DNA from: Candidatus Omnitrophota bacterium
GTDB taxonomy: Bacteria; Omnitrophota; Gorgyraeia; Zapsychrales; Zapsychraceae
Reading direction: 5' to 3'
Assembly (NCBI GenBank): GCA_029261065.1
Contig: JAJDCB010000030.1
Coordinates: forward strand, 324,876-388,875
DNA: 64,000 bases
Shown: positions 36,229 through 47,012 of the stretch, one piece after another
Layout: every line of letters starts with the position of its first letter
Position numbering within the stretch: position 1 is the first letter of the stretch
Program-made: the position numbers and the translations under genes
Notes under the pieces: generated by a model
What the model saw: only the letters and a program-made list of their open reading frames with translations
What the model was told of the DNA's origin: nothing
Databases searched by the model: none

Positions 36229-38155
36229 GTTATATAGAGAAGAATCGATATGGAATAAAAAAGGCGTGATGATGTTGCTGCTTTTGGGTGTTGCTTTGTG
36301 GGTGTTAACGCCGCGTTTTTATGAACCGACTGGAGAGAGCTGGAGATCATGGGCTGCGGCAAGAATATTAACTGAGACGGGCGGGTTTCCTGTTTTTTCA
36401 ATGGGGCCTCTCTATGTTTTTTTCTTACAGTTTTTTAGGTTGTTTGAGTATCCATTCTCGATGATGAGTGAATTTTTGATTATGCATTTTTTGACATACA
36501 TAGCTATTTTTTTAATGTTGCGATGTGTTTTATCGGATGTATGGAGTTTTATCTTAACATGTGCTTGGATTCCGGCATTAACGATTGTTGAGCCAGGTGG
36601 GATGATTCCCGCGATTGGTTTGTTGGCTTTATATATTAAAGAAGGGTGGAAGCAAAAGAATGTAGAGGAGTTGATGCCTTTAACATTGTTTGTTGCTACG
36701 TTATGCCATAATGCGTTTTTACCATTTTTAGCAGGACATATGATTGGAGTTATCTTTAAAAGAATTAAAGAAAAGACATTGGTCTTGAAATTGCCATGGA
36801 TGCCGTTTAAGTCATGTGGAGTTAAGTTTATCCTTAAGAGTTTATTGTTTTGTTTATTGTTATGCACTTTGCTTATGCCATCTAAACGCATTGATCATAA
36901 TCATATGCTCATTGATCCAAAGTATGCGCCTGTTTCTATAGAGAAAGGAATGACAACAGCTTTTTTTATGATTGGAAACTGGAAATACATTTATCGCACT
37001 ATGCCTGAAGATAGCTGGAGTAAGCAAGATTGGTATTTATCGAATGATGAAGCTTTTGGGGGCGCCCAATCTGTTTTAGAGGCTTTTATTAAGGCCCCTC
37101 AAACGGCGATCAACAATATTTTTGAGAACGTTGGAGCTATTGCACATGTACCAGCTCTTTTTGTTGTTGGGAATGTATCCAATCCTCTTGTTGTGCTAGC
37201 CGTTGTTCTTTTTTCAATAGGGTGTATGGAAGTTTTCATAACGTATGGTTACTTGGGCAGATGGCCGCATTTATTTGCCGTTACTCTTGGAACGATCGGA
37301 GTTATCGGGGCGTTGCTCTTAACATGGTTTAGTCAGCGGTATCTGCTGGCGTTATTACCTATTGGATTACTTATGGTGACCCATATAGGACGGGGTTTAT
37401 GTCGTTTGATAAAAACGTGTACGCTAAAAGAGCAAAGTTCTTGTTCTCGTCCATGGCTGATGGTAGTAGTTGTTGTTTGTATAGTATTAGGTGTTGTTTT
37501 TAATGAGTGGGTTATTGCTTCTCTTTTTCATAAAACATTATCGGTTACATCTCGTTTACAAATATGGTCATTGGATATGTTTTTAATCATGTCTGGATGT
37601 CTTTTCTTCATTTTTAAAAAATATTCTATTTCTCTTTTATCTCAGGAAGATATAGGTGAAAGTTATCTGATGACGCATTTGATTATTGGTGTTAGTGTCG
37701 TCACGGTATTTCTTACAGTTTTTCCTTATCCAAAAGGAATTAAGCATCAGATGATTGCTGTTTTCAATCAAAAGGGAATGTTGAGGGATATGAAGTATCA
37801 AAGTATGGTGAGTGCGCGACAAGCTTTATTAAAGCATACAAAAAACACGGATCGTATTTTGGCGTTAGAAGCAAATTGGATTAAGGCCTTTATGCCTGTC
37901 GAGTTAGGTAGTGTTTCTCATATTCACAGCTTGCCGCCTTTTAAGGATGCTCAAGAGGAAGTCGATAATTTCTTTTCTAAGATTAACGTTGTATGGGTTA
38001 ATCCCTTGTGGGCTGATTATAACAAAGAAGTATCGACAACGAATTTGCGATATCGTTTACATGTAGAGCCCTTTTTGAAGAAGGCGTTGCAGAACGGTTG
38101 GGAAGTAACGGAAATTGATGGGTTTTGGAAAATATATCGTCGAAGTAACAGTTAA
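36215..38155 (+). CDS. large polytopic membrane protein (candidate polysaccharide polymerase or GT-C-like)
   Basis: At least 12 TM helices followed by a C-terminal soluble domain of about 150 aa. Start is uncertain; an alternative ATG at 36269 has a better RBS. Confidence 0.35.
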   Translation: MQISELYREESIWNKKGVMMLLLLGVALWVLTPRFYEPTGESWRSWAAARILTETGGFPVFSMGPLYVFFLQFFRLFEYPFSMMSEFLIMHFLTYIAIFLMLRCVLSDVWSFILTCAWIPALTIVEPGGMIPAIGLLALYIKEGWKQKNVEELMPLTLFVATLCHNAFLPFLAGHMIGVIFKRIKEKTLVLKLPWMPFKSCGVKFILKSLLFCLLLCTLLMPSKRIDHNHMLIDPKYAPVSIEKGMTTAFFMIGNWKYIYRTMPEDSWSKQDWYLSNDEAFGGAQSVLEAFIKAPQTAINNIFENVGAIAHVPALFVVGNVSNPLVVLAVVLFSIGCMEVFITYGYLGRWPHLFAVTLGTIGVIGALLLTWFSQRYLLALLPIGLLMVTHIGRGLCRLIKTCTLKEQSSCSRPWLMVVVVVCIVLGVVFNEWVIASLFHKTLSVTSRLQIWSLDMFLIMSGCLFFIFKKYSISLLSQEDIGESYLMTHLIIGVSVVTVFLTVFPYPKGIKHQMIAVFNQKGMLRDMKYQSMVSARQALLKHTKNTDRILALEANWIKAFMPVELGSVSHIHSLPPFKDAQEEVDNFFSKINVVWVNPLWADYNKEVSTTNLRYRLHVEPFLKKALQNGWEVTEIDGFWKIYRRSNS

Positions 38156-38174
38156 AATAAATTAGGATATTAAT

Positions 38175-38960
38175 ATGAAAATAGTTATTTTATGTGGAGG
38201 GAAGGGCACGCGCATCCGCGACGTTTCCGAAGTATTACCTAAACCCATGTTGCCTGTGGGCAATCGCCCTGTTTTATGGCACATCATGAAAATTTATTCT
38301 CATTATGGGTTTAATGATTTTGTGTTGTGCTTAGGGTATAAGGGTTGGACGATTAAGGAATTTTTTCTTAATTATCAAGCTATGATTAGTGATATCACGA
38401 TTGATTTAGGTGATAAAAATTCTGTGACGTTTCATGATAAGGTTGATGAATCGAGTTGGAAGGTGACACTTGTCGATACAGGCGAAGAAACCCAAACAGC
38501 TGGACGAATTTGGGGTGCGAAAGAGTATCTTAAAGATTGTGATACGTTTGGCATTACTTATGGTGATGGTGTGGCTGATGTGAATGTCGCAGAGTTATTA
38601 AAGCAACATAAAGATTCTGGGTTGTTAGGAACGATTACAGGTGTGCAACCGTTAGGGCGTTTTGGTGAAATTCAGTTGGAAGATAATGTTATCCGTGAAT
38701 TTAATGAAAAGCCAAATGTAAGTGCTGGACTCATTAATGGAGGTTTTATGGTCTTTGAACAAGAAGTGTTGGATAAATATTTCACTTCAAATAAAACACA
38801 TTCGTTAGAGCAACATGTGATCCCAAAAATTGTCAAAGATCGACAAGTAGGGATTTATAAACATAAGGGCGCGTGGCAGTGTATTGATACGCCGCGAGAA
38901 TATAATATGTTAAATCAATTTTGGTCGGAAGACCAAGCGTTTTGGAAGGTATGGAAATGA
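38175..38960 (+). CDS. rfbF: glucose-1-phosphate cytidylyltransferase
   Basis: MKIVILCGGKGTRIRDVSEVLPKPMLPVGNRP matches the RfbF/DdhA N-terminus. Confidence 0.85.
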   Translation: MKIVILCGGKGTRIRDVSEVLPKPMLPVGNRPVLWHIMKIYSHYGFNDFVLCLGYKGWTIKEFFLNYQAMISDITIDLGDKNSVTFHDKVDESSWKVTLVDTGEETQTAGRIWGAKEYLKDCDTFGITYGDGVADVNVAELLKQHKDSGLLGTITGVQPLGRFGEIQLEDNVIREFNEKPNVSAGLINGGFMVFEQEVLDKYFTSNKTHSLEQHVIPKIVKDRQVGIYKHKGAWQCIDTPREYNMLNQFWSEDQAFWKVWK

Positions 38961-39961
38961 GTATAAATCAAGATTATTGGAACAAGCGTCGTGTTTTAAT
39001 CACGGGGCATGAAGGGTTTTTAGGGGCATGGTTAACAAAGGTGCTTGTTGGGTGCGGCTCTGAAGTTGTTGGTCTTGATAAAGTTATTGATAGAGAGAAT
39101 ACAGTTCTTCATGAAGTGAGCGGCAAATTTGAAGGTATTGAAGGTAACATTGCGGATTTTAACCTTGTGAAAAAAATCATGGATGATTTTAAACCTCAAA
39201 CCATTCTTCATATCGCAGCTGAGGCTATCGTTGGAGTGGCTAACAAAAATCCTATTGCAACATTTGAATCCAATATTCAAGGAACCTGGAATATTTTAGA
39301 GGCGGCACGTGATAATAAAGAGCTTGAAGGTATCGTTGCTGCCTCAAGTGATAAAGCTTACGGGTCACATGAGAACCTTCCCTATACAGAAGACATCGCT
39401 CTTCATGGGGATCATCCTTATGATGTGTCAAAAAGTTGTTCGGATTTGTTGTGTCGATCCTATTTTTTAACGTTTAAGGTTCCTGTCTGTGTCACACGTT
39501 GCGGTAATATTTATGGACCAGGTGATCATAATTTCTCACGCCTTATTCCAGATGCGGTTTGTTGTGCCTTAAAAGAAGAGCAATTTATCATTCGTAGTGA
39601 TGGGGAATTTACTCGTGATTATATTTATGTGGAAGATGTCGTCAACGCTTATTTAACGTTAGCTGAGAAGATGAAAGTTTTGAAACTAGAGGGAGAGGCC
39701 TTTAATTTTAGTAATGACAGACCTTTAAGTGTTCTTGATGTTTTTAAACGTATTTCGAGTAATGTGAATAAAAAAAATGTGGAACCCCGTATTTTAAATG
39801 AAGCGCAATTTGAAATTAAGCATCAGTACTTATCATCGCAAAAGGCGAAGGACATTCTTAGTTGGGAATCTCAATTTTCTATAGATGAGGGGTTAAAGGA
39901 TACCATTTCTTGGTATGCAACAAATGTTTTAGATGTTAAAGAAGCATCTTCAAATCGGTAA
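38957..39961 (+). CDS. rfbG: CDP-glucose 4,6-dehydratase
   Basis: ATGA overlap with rfbF. VLITGHEGFLG and YDVSK (YxxxK) motifs. Confidence 0.8.
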   Translation: MSINQDYWNKRRVLITGHEGFLGAWLTKVLVGCGSEVVGLDKVIDRENTVLHEVSGKFEGIEGNIADFNLVKKIMDDFKPQTILHIAAEAIVGVANKNPIATFESNIQGTWNILEAARDNKELEGIVAASSDKAYGSHENLPYTEDIALHGDHPYDVSKSCSDLLCRSYFLTFKVPVCVTRCGNIYGPGDHNFSRLIPDAVCCALKEEQFIIRSDGEFTRDYIYVEDVVNAYLTLAEKMKVLKLEGEAFNFSNDRPLSVLDVFKRISSNVNKKNVEPRILNEAQFEIKHQYLSSQKAKDILSWESQFSIDEGLKDTISWYATNVLDVKEASSNR

Positions 39962-39978
39962 GCTTAGATAAAGGATAT

Positions 39979-41766
39979 ATGTTGAAATTCGTTAAATTAA
40001 AAAATTATAAAGAGGTCTTATGGTTTTTCTTTAAACCTTATAAGTTCCAAAGTATGGGTGTTTTTTGTCTGATGGCATTGGCGGGAGCTCTTGAGGCATT
40101 TAATTTGCTTGCGATCTATCCTATTATTAATTATGGCTTGGCATTGGAAAATCAAAGTCGGGCGCTTCAATTTTTGGATTCTCTTGTTGTAAGTTTAGGT
40201 GATGACAATTTATTTTTGTCGGCCTGTGTATTGCTGTTAATTGCATCTTTCTTGGCGGTTCTGGCAAAGGTTGCGTATCATGTGTTCTCTAATTTGCTTA
40301 TTAAAAATATTGTAGGTGATCATCAAAAGAAGATTTTTCAGAAATTCTTAAATGCTGAATATAAATATTTTGTTAGAAGCCAACAAGGTAAATTGATTTA
40401 TGCTGGAACGACCGCCACGACACGTATGGCCAACAATATTGTTTATACGTTAAGGTTGGTTAATAGTTTGATAACCTGTACTTTTTATGCAGTCATGTTA
40501 ACGGTGTTAGCATGGCAGGGTATGATTCTTATTACTTTTATTGGTATACTTTACATGGTTTTTACAAAGGTTATTCTTCAAAAGGTTATTAATCGTTACG
40601 CACATCTTAATGTTGAAGAGGAGAGAAAGAAGAATGTCATTTTAAATGAATTTATTACAGGCATTAAACCGATTAAAGCCTTTAATAATAATCGATATTG
40701 GCAAGGAAGATATGATCAAACAGTTGAGCGTAGTGTGATGTTTAATTTTAAGGTTCTTATAGGACACATTATGCCGGATATCTTTTTAAAATTTACATTT
40801 TTTGTAACTTTTGCATTGATTGGTATTTTTATGCATATGCGTTTGTCAGGTCAAATTTTACCTGTATTACCTTTATTAGCTACCTTTACCATGGTGGCTA
40901 GTCGATTATTTCCTTATGTGGGGTTAATCGGATTTGATATTATGGCGATTGCGCGTGTTATGCCAGATACAAAAATTGTTTATGACCTTCTGAATAAAGA
41001 TATTGAAGATCATCGTGATGGGACGTTGGTGGCAGATACATTTCGTGATTGTGTCAGATTAAATAACGTATTTTTTAGATATAAAGGAATGGATGAGGAT
41101 TTGTTAAAAGGTGTTTCGTTGAGTATCAAAAAGGGAGAAATGACGGCCATTGTTGGGCATTCGGGTTCAGGGAAATCGACTCTTGTGAGTCTTCTTTTAA
41201 AATTATATGACGTTGATAAGGGGAATATTACGGTGGATGGCATTGATCTTAAAACGTTAAGTAAGAAATCATATTTAACTCAGATTGGTTATGTCAGTCA
41301 GGAAATTTTCTTATTTAATGGAACGATTAAAGATAATATTCGCTTTGGAGATCAAGAATCAACAGATGAAGATATTATTCAAGCGGCACAATTAGCGAAT
41401 GCGCATGAGTTTATTATAGATACAGAGAATGGATATGACTCACTTGTGGGGGATGCAGGAGTTAAATTATCGGGTGGACAAAGACAGCGTATTGCAATTG
41501 CGCGCGCGATGTTACGCCAACCAAAAATAATTATTTTAGATGAAGCGACAAGTTCGCTTGATAATATTTCTGAAAAAGCGGTGCAAGAAGCCATATTTAA
41601 AGTATCACAAAGGACAACGGTCGTTGTGATTGCGCATCGGCTTTCGACGGTTCAAAAGGCGGATAAGATTATTGTGTTTGAGAATGGTGAGGTGCAGGAA
41701 GAAGGAAAGCATGATGAGTTATTGGCGGGGAAGAATCGTTATTTTGAGTTGTATACGGCAAGTTAG
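39979..41766 (+). CDS. ABC exporter, fused permease and ATPase (MsbA/lipid A-type exporter family)
   Basis: 6 TM helices then an NBD with GHSGSGKST, LSGGQRQR and ILDEATS motifs. Confidence 0.8.
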   Translation: MLKFVKLKNYKEVLWFFFKPYKFQSMGVFCLMALAGALEAFNLLAIYPIINYGLALENQSRALQFLDSLVVSLGDDNLFLSACVLLLIASFLAVLAKVAYHVFSNLLIKNIVGDHQKKIFQKFLNAEYKYFVRSQQGKLIYAGTTATTRMANNIVYTLRLVNSLITCTFYAVMLTVLAWQGMILITFIGILYMVFTKVILQKVINRYAHLNVEEERKKNVILNEFITGIKPIKAFNNNRYWQGRYDQTVERSVMFNFKVLIGHIMPDIFLKFTFFVTFALIGIFMHMRLSGQILPVLPLLATFTMVASRLFPYVGLIGFDIMAIARVMPDTKIVYDLLNKDIEDHRDGTLVADTFRDCVRLNNVFFRYKGMDEDLLKGVSLSIKKGEMTAIVGHSGSGKSTLVSLLLKLYDVDKGNITVDGIDLKTLSKKSYLTQIGYVSQEIFLFNGTIKDNIRFGDQESTDEDIIQAAQLANAHEFIIDTENGYDSLVGDAGVKLSGGQRQRIAIARAMLRQPKIIILDEATSSLDNISEKAVQEAIFKVSQRTTVVVIAHRLSTVQKADKIIVFENGEVQEEGKHDELLAGKNRYFELYTAS

Positions 41767-41792
41767 GGAAGAGGATTTATGCATACAATGTG

Positions 41793-41956
41793 CAAGAATA
41801 ACCAAGTTTATTCTGTTGTTTGATTTTTCTCATTTTGTTTCTTGATTATTTTTTGCCAGGCATCCAGAGATGCCGGTCCCAACCAAAGGTTGGGATATCT
41901 TGCCCCGCTTTTGGCGGGGTCACGCCGAAGGCGGGATACCTTGTACCTTGGTTATT
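41793..41956. mobile_element. MITE-like element, copy C (degenerate, about 164 bp) with a GC-rich hairpin
   Basis: Seen directly. GCAAGAATAACCAAGTT...CCTTGGTTATTC. Confidence 0.6.
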
Positions 41957-41999
41957 CCAGCGCGGTTAATTTAATTAATGATTACCATAAGGACATATT

Positions 42000-42974
42000 A
42001 TGAAAAACATTTTAATCACCGGCTCAGGCGGTTTCATCGGTTCCCATCTTACAGAAGAATGCGTTAAGCGCGGATTTAAAGTGCGAGCATTTTTGCATTA
42101 TAATTCATCTAGTTCTCGAGGATGGCTTGAGGATTCGGTTTATAAAAATGATATTGAATTTATTTCAGGTGACGTTCGGGATTATGATGCGGTTTCAAGT
42201 GCGATAAAGGGGTGTGATGGTGTTTTTCATCTCGCAGCCCTTGTGGGTATTCCTTATTCTTACGTGTCCCCACTAGCCTACATCCGAACAAATGTTGAGG
42301 GCACGTACAATGTTTTACAATCTTCTCGTGAATATAATGTGAAAAATTGTTTGGTCACATCAACAAGCGAGACGTACGGTACGGCTCAACATGTTCCGAT
42401 TGATGAAAAACATCCACGTAATGCTCAATCGCCTTATGCGGCGAGTAAGGTTGCTGCCGATCAATTGGCGTTAAGTTATTATCGTTCGTTTGATTTACCT
42501 GTCAAAATTGTGCGCCCCTTTAACACGTTTGGCCCACGACAATCCGCAAGAGCCATTATTCCAACGGCTATTTGTCAAATGCTTAAAGGGCAGATGGAGC
42601 TTAAGTTTGGAAATTTATCGCCGACACGGGATTTTACGTTTGTTAAAGATACGGTTGCTGGCATGATTGCTATTGCCCAGTGTGAAAAGCTTAACGGAGA
42701 GGAAGTGAATATCGGTATGAATCAAGAAATTTCCATTGGAGATTTAATCCAAAAGATTGCAAAACTCATAAACACCTCAAGCAAAATAAAACAAGATCAA
42801 TCGCGCGTAAGACCTGAGGCGAGCGAAGTTCAGCGATTACTTTGTGATAATACAAAAATTTTTAAAGAAACAAATTGGAAGCCCCAATACACTTTGGAAA
42901 AAGGGTTAACAGAAACGATAGACTCTATCGCCAAGAGTTTACATCTTTATAAACCGGAATTATACAATGTCTAA
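42000..42974 (+). CDS. NAD-dependent nucleotide-sugar 4,6-dehydratase/epimerase (LegB/PseB-like candidate)
   Basis: ILITGSGGFIGSHL and YAASK (YxxxK) motifs. Immediately followed by a DegT aminotransferase gene. Confidence 0.7.
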   Translation: MKNILITGSGGFIGSHLTEECVKRGFKVRAFLHYNSSSSRGWLEDSVYKNDIEFISGDVRDYDAVSSAIKGCDGVFHLAALVGIPYSYVSPLAYIRTNVEGTYNVLQSSREYNVKNCLVTSTSETYGTAQHVPIDEKHPRNAQSPYAASKVAADQLALSYYRSFDLPVKIVRPFNTFGPRQSARAIIPTAICQMLKGQMELKFGNLSPTRDFTFVKDTVAGMIAIAQCEKLNGEEVNIGMNQEISIGDLIQKIAKLINTSSKIKQDQSRVRPEASEVQRLLCDNTKIFKETNWKPQYTLEKGLTETIDSIAKSLHLYKPELYNV

Positions 42975-44160
42975 AGTCATACCACTATCCGAACCATCCT
43001 TAAATGGGCGCGAATGGGACAATATTAAAGAGTGTCTTGATACGGGTTGGGTTTCAACAGCGGGGAAGTTTGTTGATCGATTTGAAGAAGGTATTGCGCA
43101 ATATACACATTCTAAGTTTGCTATTGCGACAAGCAGTGGGACGGCGGCTTTGCATGTCTCTTTGTTGCTAGCAGGTGTTATGCCAGATGATGAAGTTATT
43201 GTTCCAACACTTACATTTATAGCACCCATTAATACGGTTCGATATGTTCAGGCACATCCAGTCTTTATGGATTGTGATTCCTATTTTAATTTGGATGTAG
43301 AGAAGGTTCGAAATTTTATTTTAAAGGAAACAGAATTTAAAGGTGGTGTGAGTCGAAATAAGACCTCACAAAGAGTCATTCGAGCTATTATTCCTGTCCA
43401 CATGTTTGGACATGCCGTGGATTTAGAATCATTAACAGGTCTTTTAGAAGAACGGAATATTAAGATCATTGAAGATGCGACGGAAAGTTTGGGGGCGAGT
43501 TACACTCAAGGCAAATTAAAGGGAAGAGCAACAGGGACCGTTGGCCAATTGGGATGTTTTTCTTTTAATGGCAATAAAATTATTACCACAGGTGGCGGTG
43601 GGATGATTGTTACGGATGATGAACAGCTAGCTTTAAAAGCTAAATATTTAACAACACAAGCCAAAGATGATGGGATTCGAAATATTCATCATGAGGTCGG
43701 TTACAATTTTCGACTCAATAATATTCAAGCGGCAATGGGTGTAGCTCAGTTGGAGTCGCTACCAGAAATTATTGCAAAGAAGAAGAATAATTACATGCTT
43801 TATAAAAGTAAATTACAAGATGTTGCCGGCATCAACTTAGTTAATACTCCTGATTATGCCGAATCAAACTATTGGATGTATGCCATCAATATATGTAAGG
43901 AAACATTCGGTCAAAGCTGTGAGAATGTTATGAATGTGTTGTTAAGTCATGACGTTGGGGTGAGACCTTTATTTTATCTCAATCATTTACAAAAGCCGTA
44001 TGCTGATTGTCAATCATATAACGTTGAATTGGCGAAGCAATTATTAGAAATAACACTGTGTGTGCCAAGCAGTGCAGACTTAAAGGAAGAAGATATTGAT
44101 TTTATTATTGGTTTAATCAAAGGTATGAGCCAGAGAGTAAGTTCTGGTCTAGTTAACTAG
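42967..44160 (+). CDS. DegT-family PLP-dependent aminotransferase (LegC/PseC-like candidate)
   Basis: DegT family blocks. 8-nt overlap with the upstream dehydratase gene. Confidence 0.75.
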   Translation: MSKVIPLSEPSLNGREWDNIKECLDTGWVSTAGKFVDRFEEGIAQYTHSKFAIATSSGTAALHVSLLLAGVMPDDEVIVPTLTFIAPINTVRYVQAHPVFMDCDSYFNLDVEKVRNFILKETEFKGGVSRNKTSQRVIRAIIPVHMFGHAVDLESLTGLLEERNIKIIEDATESLGASYTQGKLKGRATGTVGQLGCFSFNGNKIITTGGGGMIVTDDEQLALKAKYLTTQAKDDGIRNIHHEVGYNFRLNNIQAAMGVAQLESLPEIIAKKKNNYMLYKSKLQDVAGINLVNTPDYAESNYWMYAINICKETFGQSCENVMNVLLSHDVGVRPLFYLNHLQKPYADCQSYNVELAKQLLEITLCVPSSADLKEEDIDFIIGLIKGMSQRVSSGLVN

Positions 44161-44165
44161 GGTAT

Positions 44166-44196
44166 TTGACCTAGTCCCCGCCGTTGGCGGGGTCAA
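44166..44196 (+). terminator. GC-rich hairpin (TTGACC..CCCCGCC-GTT-GGCGGGG..GGTCAA), same motif as inside the MITEs
   Basis: Seen directly. No clean U-tract follows. Confidence 0.3.
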
Positions 44197-44271
44197 TTCG
44201 TACTTCTAATTTATGCTTCCTTTGGTCGCATAAATTAAGTTCTCATTGAAATAAGGAGAAATGAAGAAATT

Positions 44272-46458
44272 ATGAAAAGAGAAATTAAAATTTTAAGTAC
44301 TCTAGGGCCATCAAGCATGGAAACATCAACGATTAAGAAATTAGATGATATGGGTGTGGGGGTATTTCGCATTAACTTATCACATACCCCTCTTGATCAA
44401 ATTGAAAAAAATGTAAAGCACATTATCGCATCAACGGATAAACCTCTTTGTTTGGATTTGGAAGGGGCGCAAGTGCGTAGTGGTTTGATGGCCAATAACA
44501 GAGATGTTTTTGAAGAAGGGGGCGTTGTTCGCATTCACAAAGATCCTTTGGTGGGGGATGCTAAGAATATCAATTTGACGCCCAGTTTTGTTGTCGATGA
44601 GATTGAACCTGGAGATTTGATTAGTATCGATTTCGATACATTATTGTTGCATGTTTATAAAAGAGAAGGTGAGACTCTTTTGGCGAAAGTTGTCAGTGGT
44701 GGAACAGTGGGAAGTAATAAAGCTGTGACGGTTGATCGTAATATTATTTTGCCCCCCTTATCACCGAAAGATAAAGAAGCGGTTGTGATTGGATTAAAAC
44801 ACAAGGTTCCTTATATTGCATTATCTTTTGCGAATCGAAAAAGTGATGTTGAAGAATTAAGAGCTTTAGTGGGGGATAAGATGAAAATTATTTCTAAGAT
44901 CGAAAGTCGTGATGGTCTTCGTAATCTAGAAGAGATTCTTATCGCGTCAGATGCAGCTTTAATCGATCGAGGTGATATGTCTCGCGAGGTATCGATTGAA
45001 TTAATTCCTTCTATTCAAAAACGGATCATCAAGAAGGCTAATGATTTGCATACTCCGATTTATGTGGCTACCAATCTTTTGGAGTCCATGGTTGATCGTC
45101 CTGTTCCGACACGGGCTGAGGTTAATGATATTATTAACACGTTGTTAGATGGAGCCAATGGTTTGGTGCTTGCCGCAGAGACGGCCATTGGTCGTTATCC
45201 AGTTGAATGTGTCAATATGGTGAGGCGATTGTCAAAGGCCTTTAACAATACAGATAGCGAAACAACTTTAATGGAGATGGCCAATCAAGAGGTGTCATCA
45301 CTACATCTTAATAAACCGCATGGCGGGGTTATGGTTAATAAAAAAAAATTTACTGCTAATCAGGAACGTATTGCAGGTTTAAGAAAATTGTTTGTTGATG
45401 AAACGGTTCTTTTAGATGTGCAACAAATAGCGGTTGGAACGTATTCTCCTGTTGATGGTTTTATGAATAGAGATGAGATTCATTCGGTGCTTGATGATTA
45501 TAAGCTTCCCTCAGGTGATGTCTGGACGCTACCTATATGTTTGCAAGCCAAGAAAGAGGATATCAAACATTTAAGAGTTGGTGATGAGATTGCTCTTGTT
45601 TCAAAAAGAGATGATGTGATTTATGCCGTGTTGCATCTAGATGATGTGTATAACTTTGATTTTAATGATATTTCTCAAAAATGGTTTAATACGACAGACA
45701 AAAATCATCCTGGCGTGAATAAATTAAGTCAATCGGGTGAATGTTTTCTTGGCGGGAAAGTAGATTTAATTAGACGTTTGCCATCGGAATATCAACAATA
45801 CACGTTAACGCCTTTACAAACACGTCAAATCTTTGAGAAAAAAGGGTGGAACACCATTGTTGGATTTCACACGCGTAATGTGGTGCATCGCGCTCATGAA
45901 TTTCTTCAACTAACAGCCCTTGATCGTTATGGCATTGATGGATTGTTCGTTCACCCCATTATTGGTCCTAAGAAAAAAAATGATTATAACCCGGATGTGA
46001 TTTTAAAAAGTTATTCCATGATGATGGATCAGTTTTATCCAAAAAACCATGTGGTTTTAGGAGCCTTTCTTTCCTATAGTCGCTATGCAGGCCCAAGAGA
46101 AGCTGTTTTTACAGCTCTTTGTCGCAAGAATTTTGGATGCACCCATTTTATTGTTGGCCGAGATCATACGGGTGTTGGAGATTTTTATTCTAAGGATGCT
46201 TCCAAGGAATTATTTGGGCAATTAGGAGATATCGGTATTCAACCCGTTTTTTTTGATGAAGTTCATTATTGTCAAAGTTGTAAGTTGTACGTTGAAAAAT
46301 GTGATCATGCCAAGGAAGACATCAAACATATTAGTGGCACCCAAGCGCGAGAGATGTTTTCAAAAGGTGAACAGCCTCCGGCGTGGTTTATGCGTGAAGA
46401 AATTAGTCGTATTATTTTAGAAGATATTACTAATCAAAAAGAGGTTTTTGTCACATGA
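44272..46458 (+). CDS. fusion protein: pyruvate-kinase-like catalytic domain (N-terminal) + sulfate adenylyltransferase/ATP sulfurylase (C-terminal)
   Basis: N-terminal PK blocks RINLSH, IISKIESRDG, IDRGDMS and VATNLLESMVDRPVPTRAEVNDI..DGANGLVLAAETA.GRYP. C-terminal sulfurylase blocks GFHTRNVVHRAHE and GRDHTG. Confidence 0.65.
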   Translation: MKREIKILSTLGPSSMETSTIKKLDDMGVGVFRINLSHTPLDQIEKNVKHIIASTDKPLCLDLEGAQVRSGLMANNRDVFEEGGVVRIHKDPLVGDAKNINLTPSFVVDEIEPGDLISIDFDTLLLHVYKREGETLLAKVVSGGTVGSNKAVTVDRNIILPPLSPKDKEAVVIGLKHKVPYIALSFANRKSDVEELRALVGDKMKIISKIESRDGLRNLEEILIASDAALIDRGDMSREVSIELIPSIQKRIIKKANDLHTPIYVATNLLESMVDRPVPTRAEVNDIINTLLDGANGLVLAAETAIGRYPVECVNMVRRLSKAFNNTDSETTLMEMANQEVSSLHLNKPHGGVMVNKKKFTANQERIAGLRKLFVDETVLLDVQQIAVGTYSPVDGFMNRDEIHSVLDDYKLPSGDVWTLPICLQAKKEDIKHLRVGDEIALVSKRDDVIYAVLHLDDVYNFDFNDISQKWFNTTDKNHPGVNKLSQSGECFLGGKVDLIRRLPSEYQQYTLTPLQTRQIFEKKGWNTIVGFHTRNVVHRAHEFLQLTALDRYGIDGLFVHPIIGPKKKNDYNPDVILKSYSMMMDQFYPKNHVVLGAFLSYSRYAGPREAVFTALCRKNFGCTHFIVGRDHTGVGDFYSKDASKELFGQLGDIGIQPVFFDEVHYCQSCKLYVEKCDHAKEDIKHISGTQAREMFSKGEQPPAWFMREEISRIILEDITNQKEVFVT

Positions 46459-47012
46459 GTCAAGCACGTGTGCTGTGGTTTACAGGTTTGTCAGGTTCAG
46501 GCAAATCAACGATTGCTGAAGGGTTGTGCCAACGTCTTCTAGATAGAGGTTTTAAGGTTAGGATTTTGGATGGAGATGATATTCGAGAATCTTATCCTAA
46601 AAGTCTTGGATTTACACCTGAAGATATAAAAACGAATAATCGATTGATTGCGCAAATGTGTTTAGATCAAACTCAAGAGTATGATTTTCTATTAGTACCT
46701 GTGATTGCTCCATTTCAAGAATCTAGAAGCGAATCAAAGAAGATGTTAGGGGATCAATTGTCTTTTGTTTATGTCAAAGCGTCTTTAGATACGGTTATTG
46801 AAAGAGATACGAAAGGATTTTATAAAAAAGCCTTAAACAAAGAGATTGAGCATTTTATTGGAATCGATCCAAGGGTTCCTTATGAAGAGCCGGAAAATGC
46901 AGAGATCGTTTTGGACACAGAGCAACACAGGGTTGATGATTTAATCTTAAGGGTTGAAATTTTTTTAAAATTGGATTTAAACAAGAATGAAACAGTCTCA
47001 AACAACACATAA
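46455..47012 (+). CDS. cysC: adenylyl-sulfate (APS) kinase
   Basis: VLWFTGLSGSGKSTIA P-loop and CysC-family length. ATGA overlap. Confidence 0.85.
   Translation: MSQARVLWFTGLSGSGKSTIAEGLCQRLLDRGFKVRILDGDDIRESYPKSLGFTPEDIKTNNRLIAQMCLDQTQEYDFLLVPVIAPFQESRSESKKMLGDQLSFVYVKASLDTVIERDTKGFYKKALNKEIEHFIGIDPRVPYEEPENAEIVLDTEQHRVDDLILRVEIFLKLDLNKNETVSNNT

Noticed and set aside
36412-36891. 159-aa minus-strand ORF
   Set aside because: Antisense to the large membrane-protein gene, with AT-rich codons giving K/N/I-rich low-complexity sequence.
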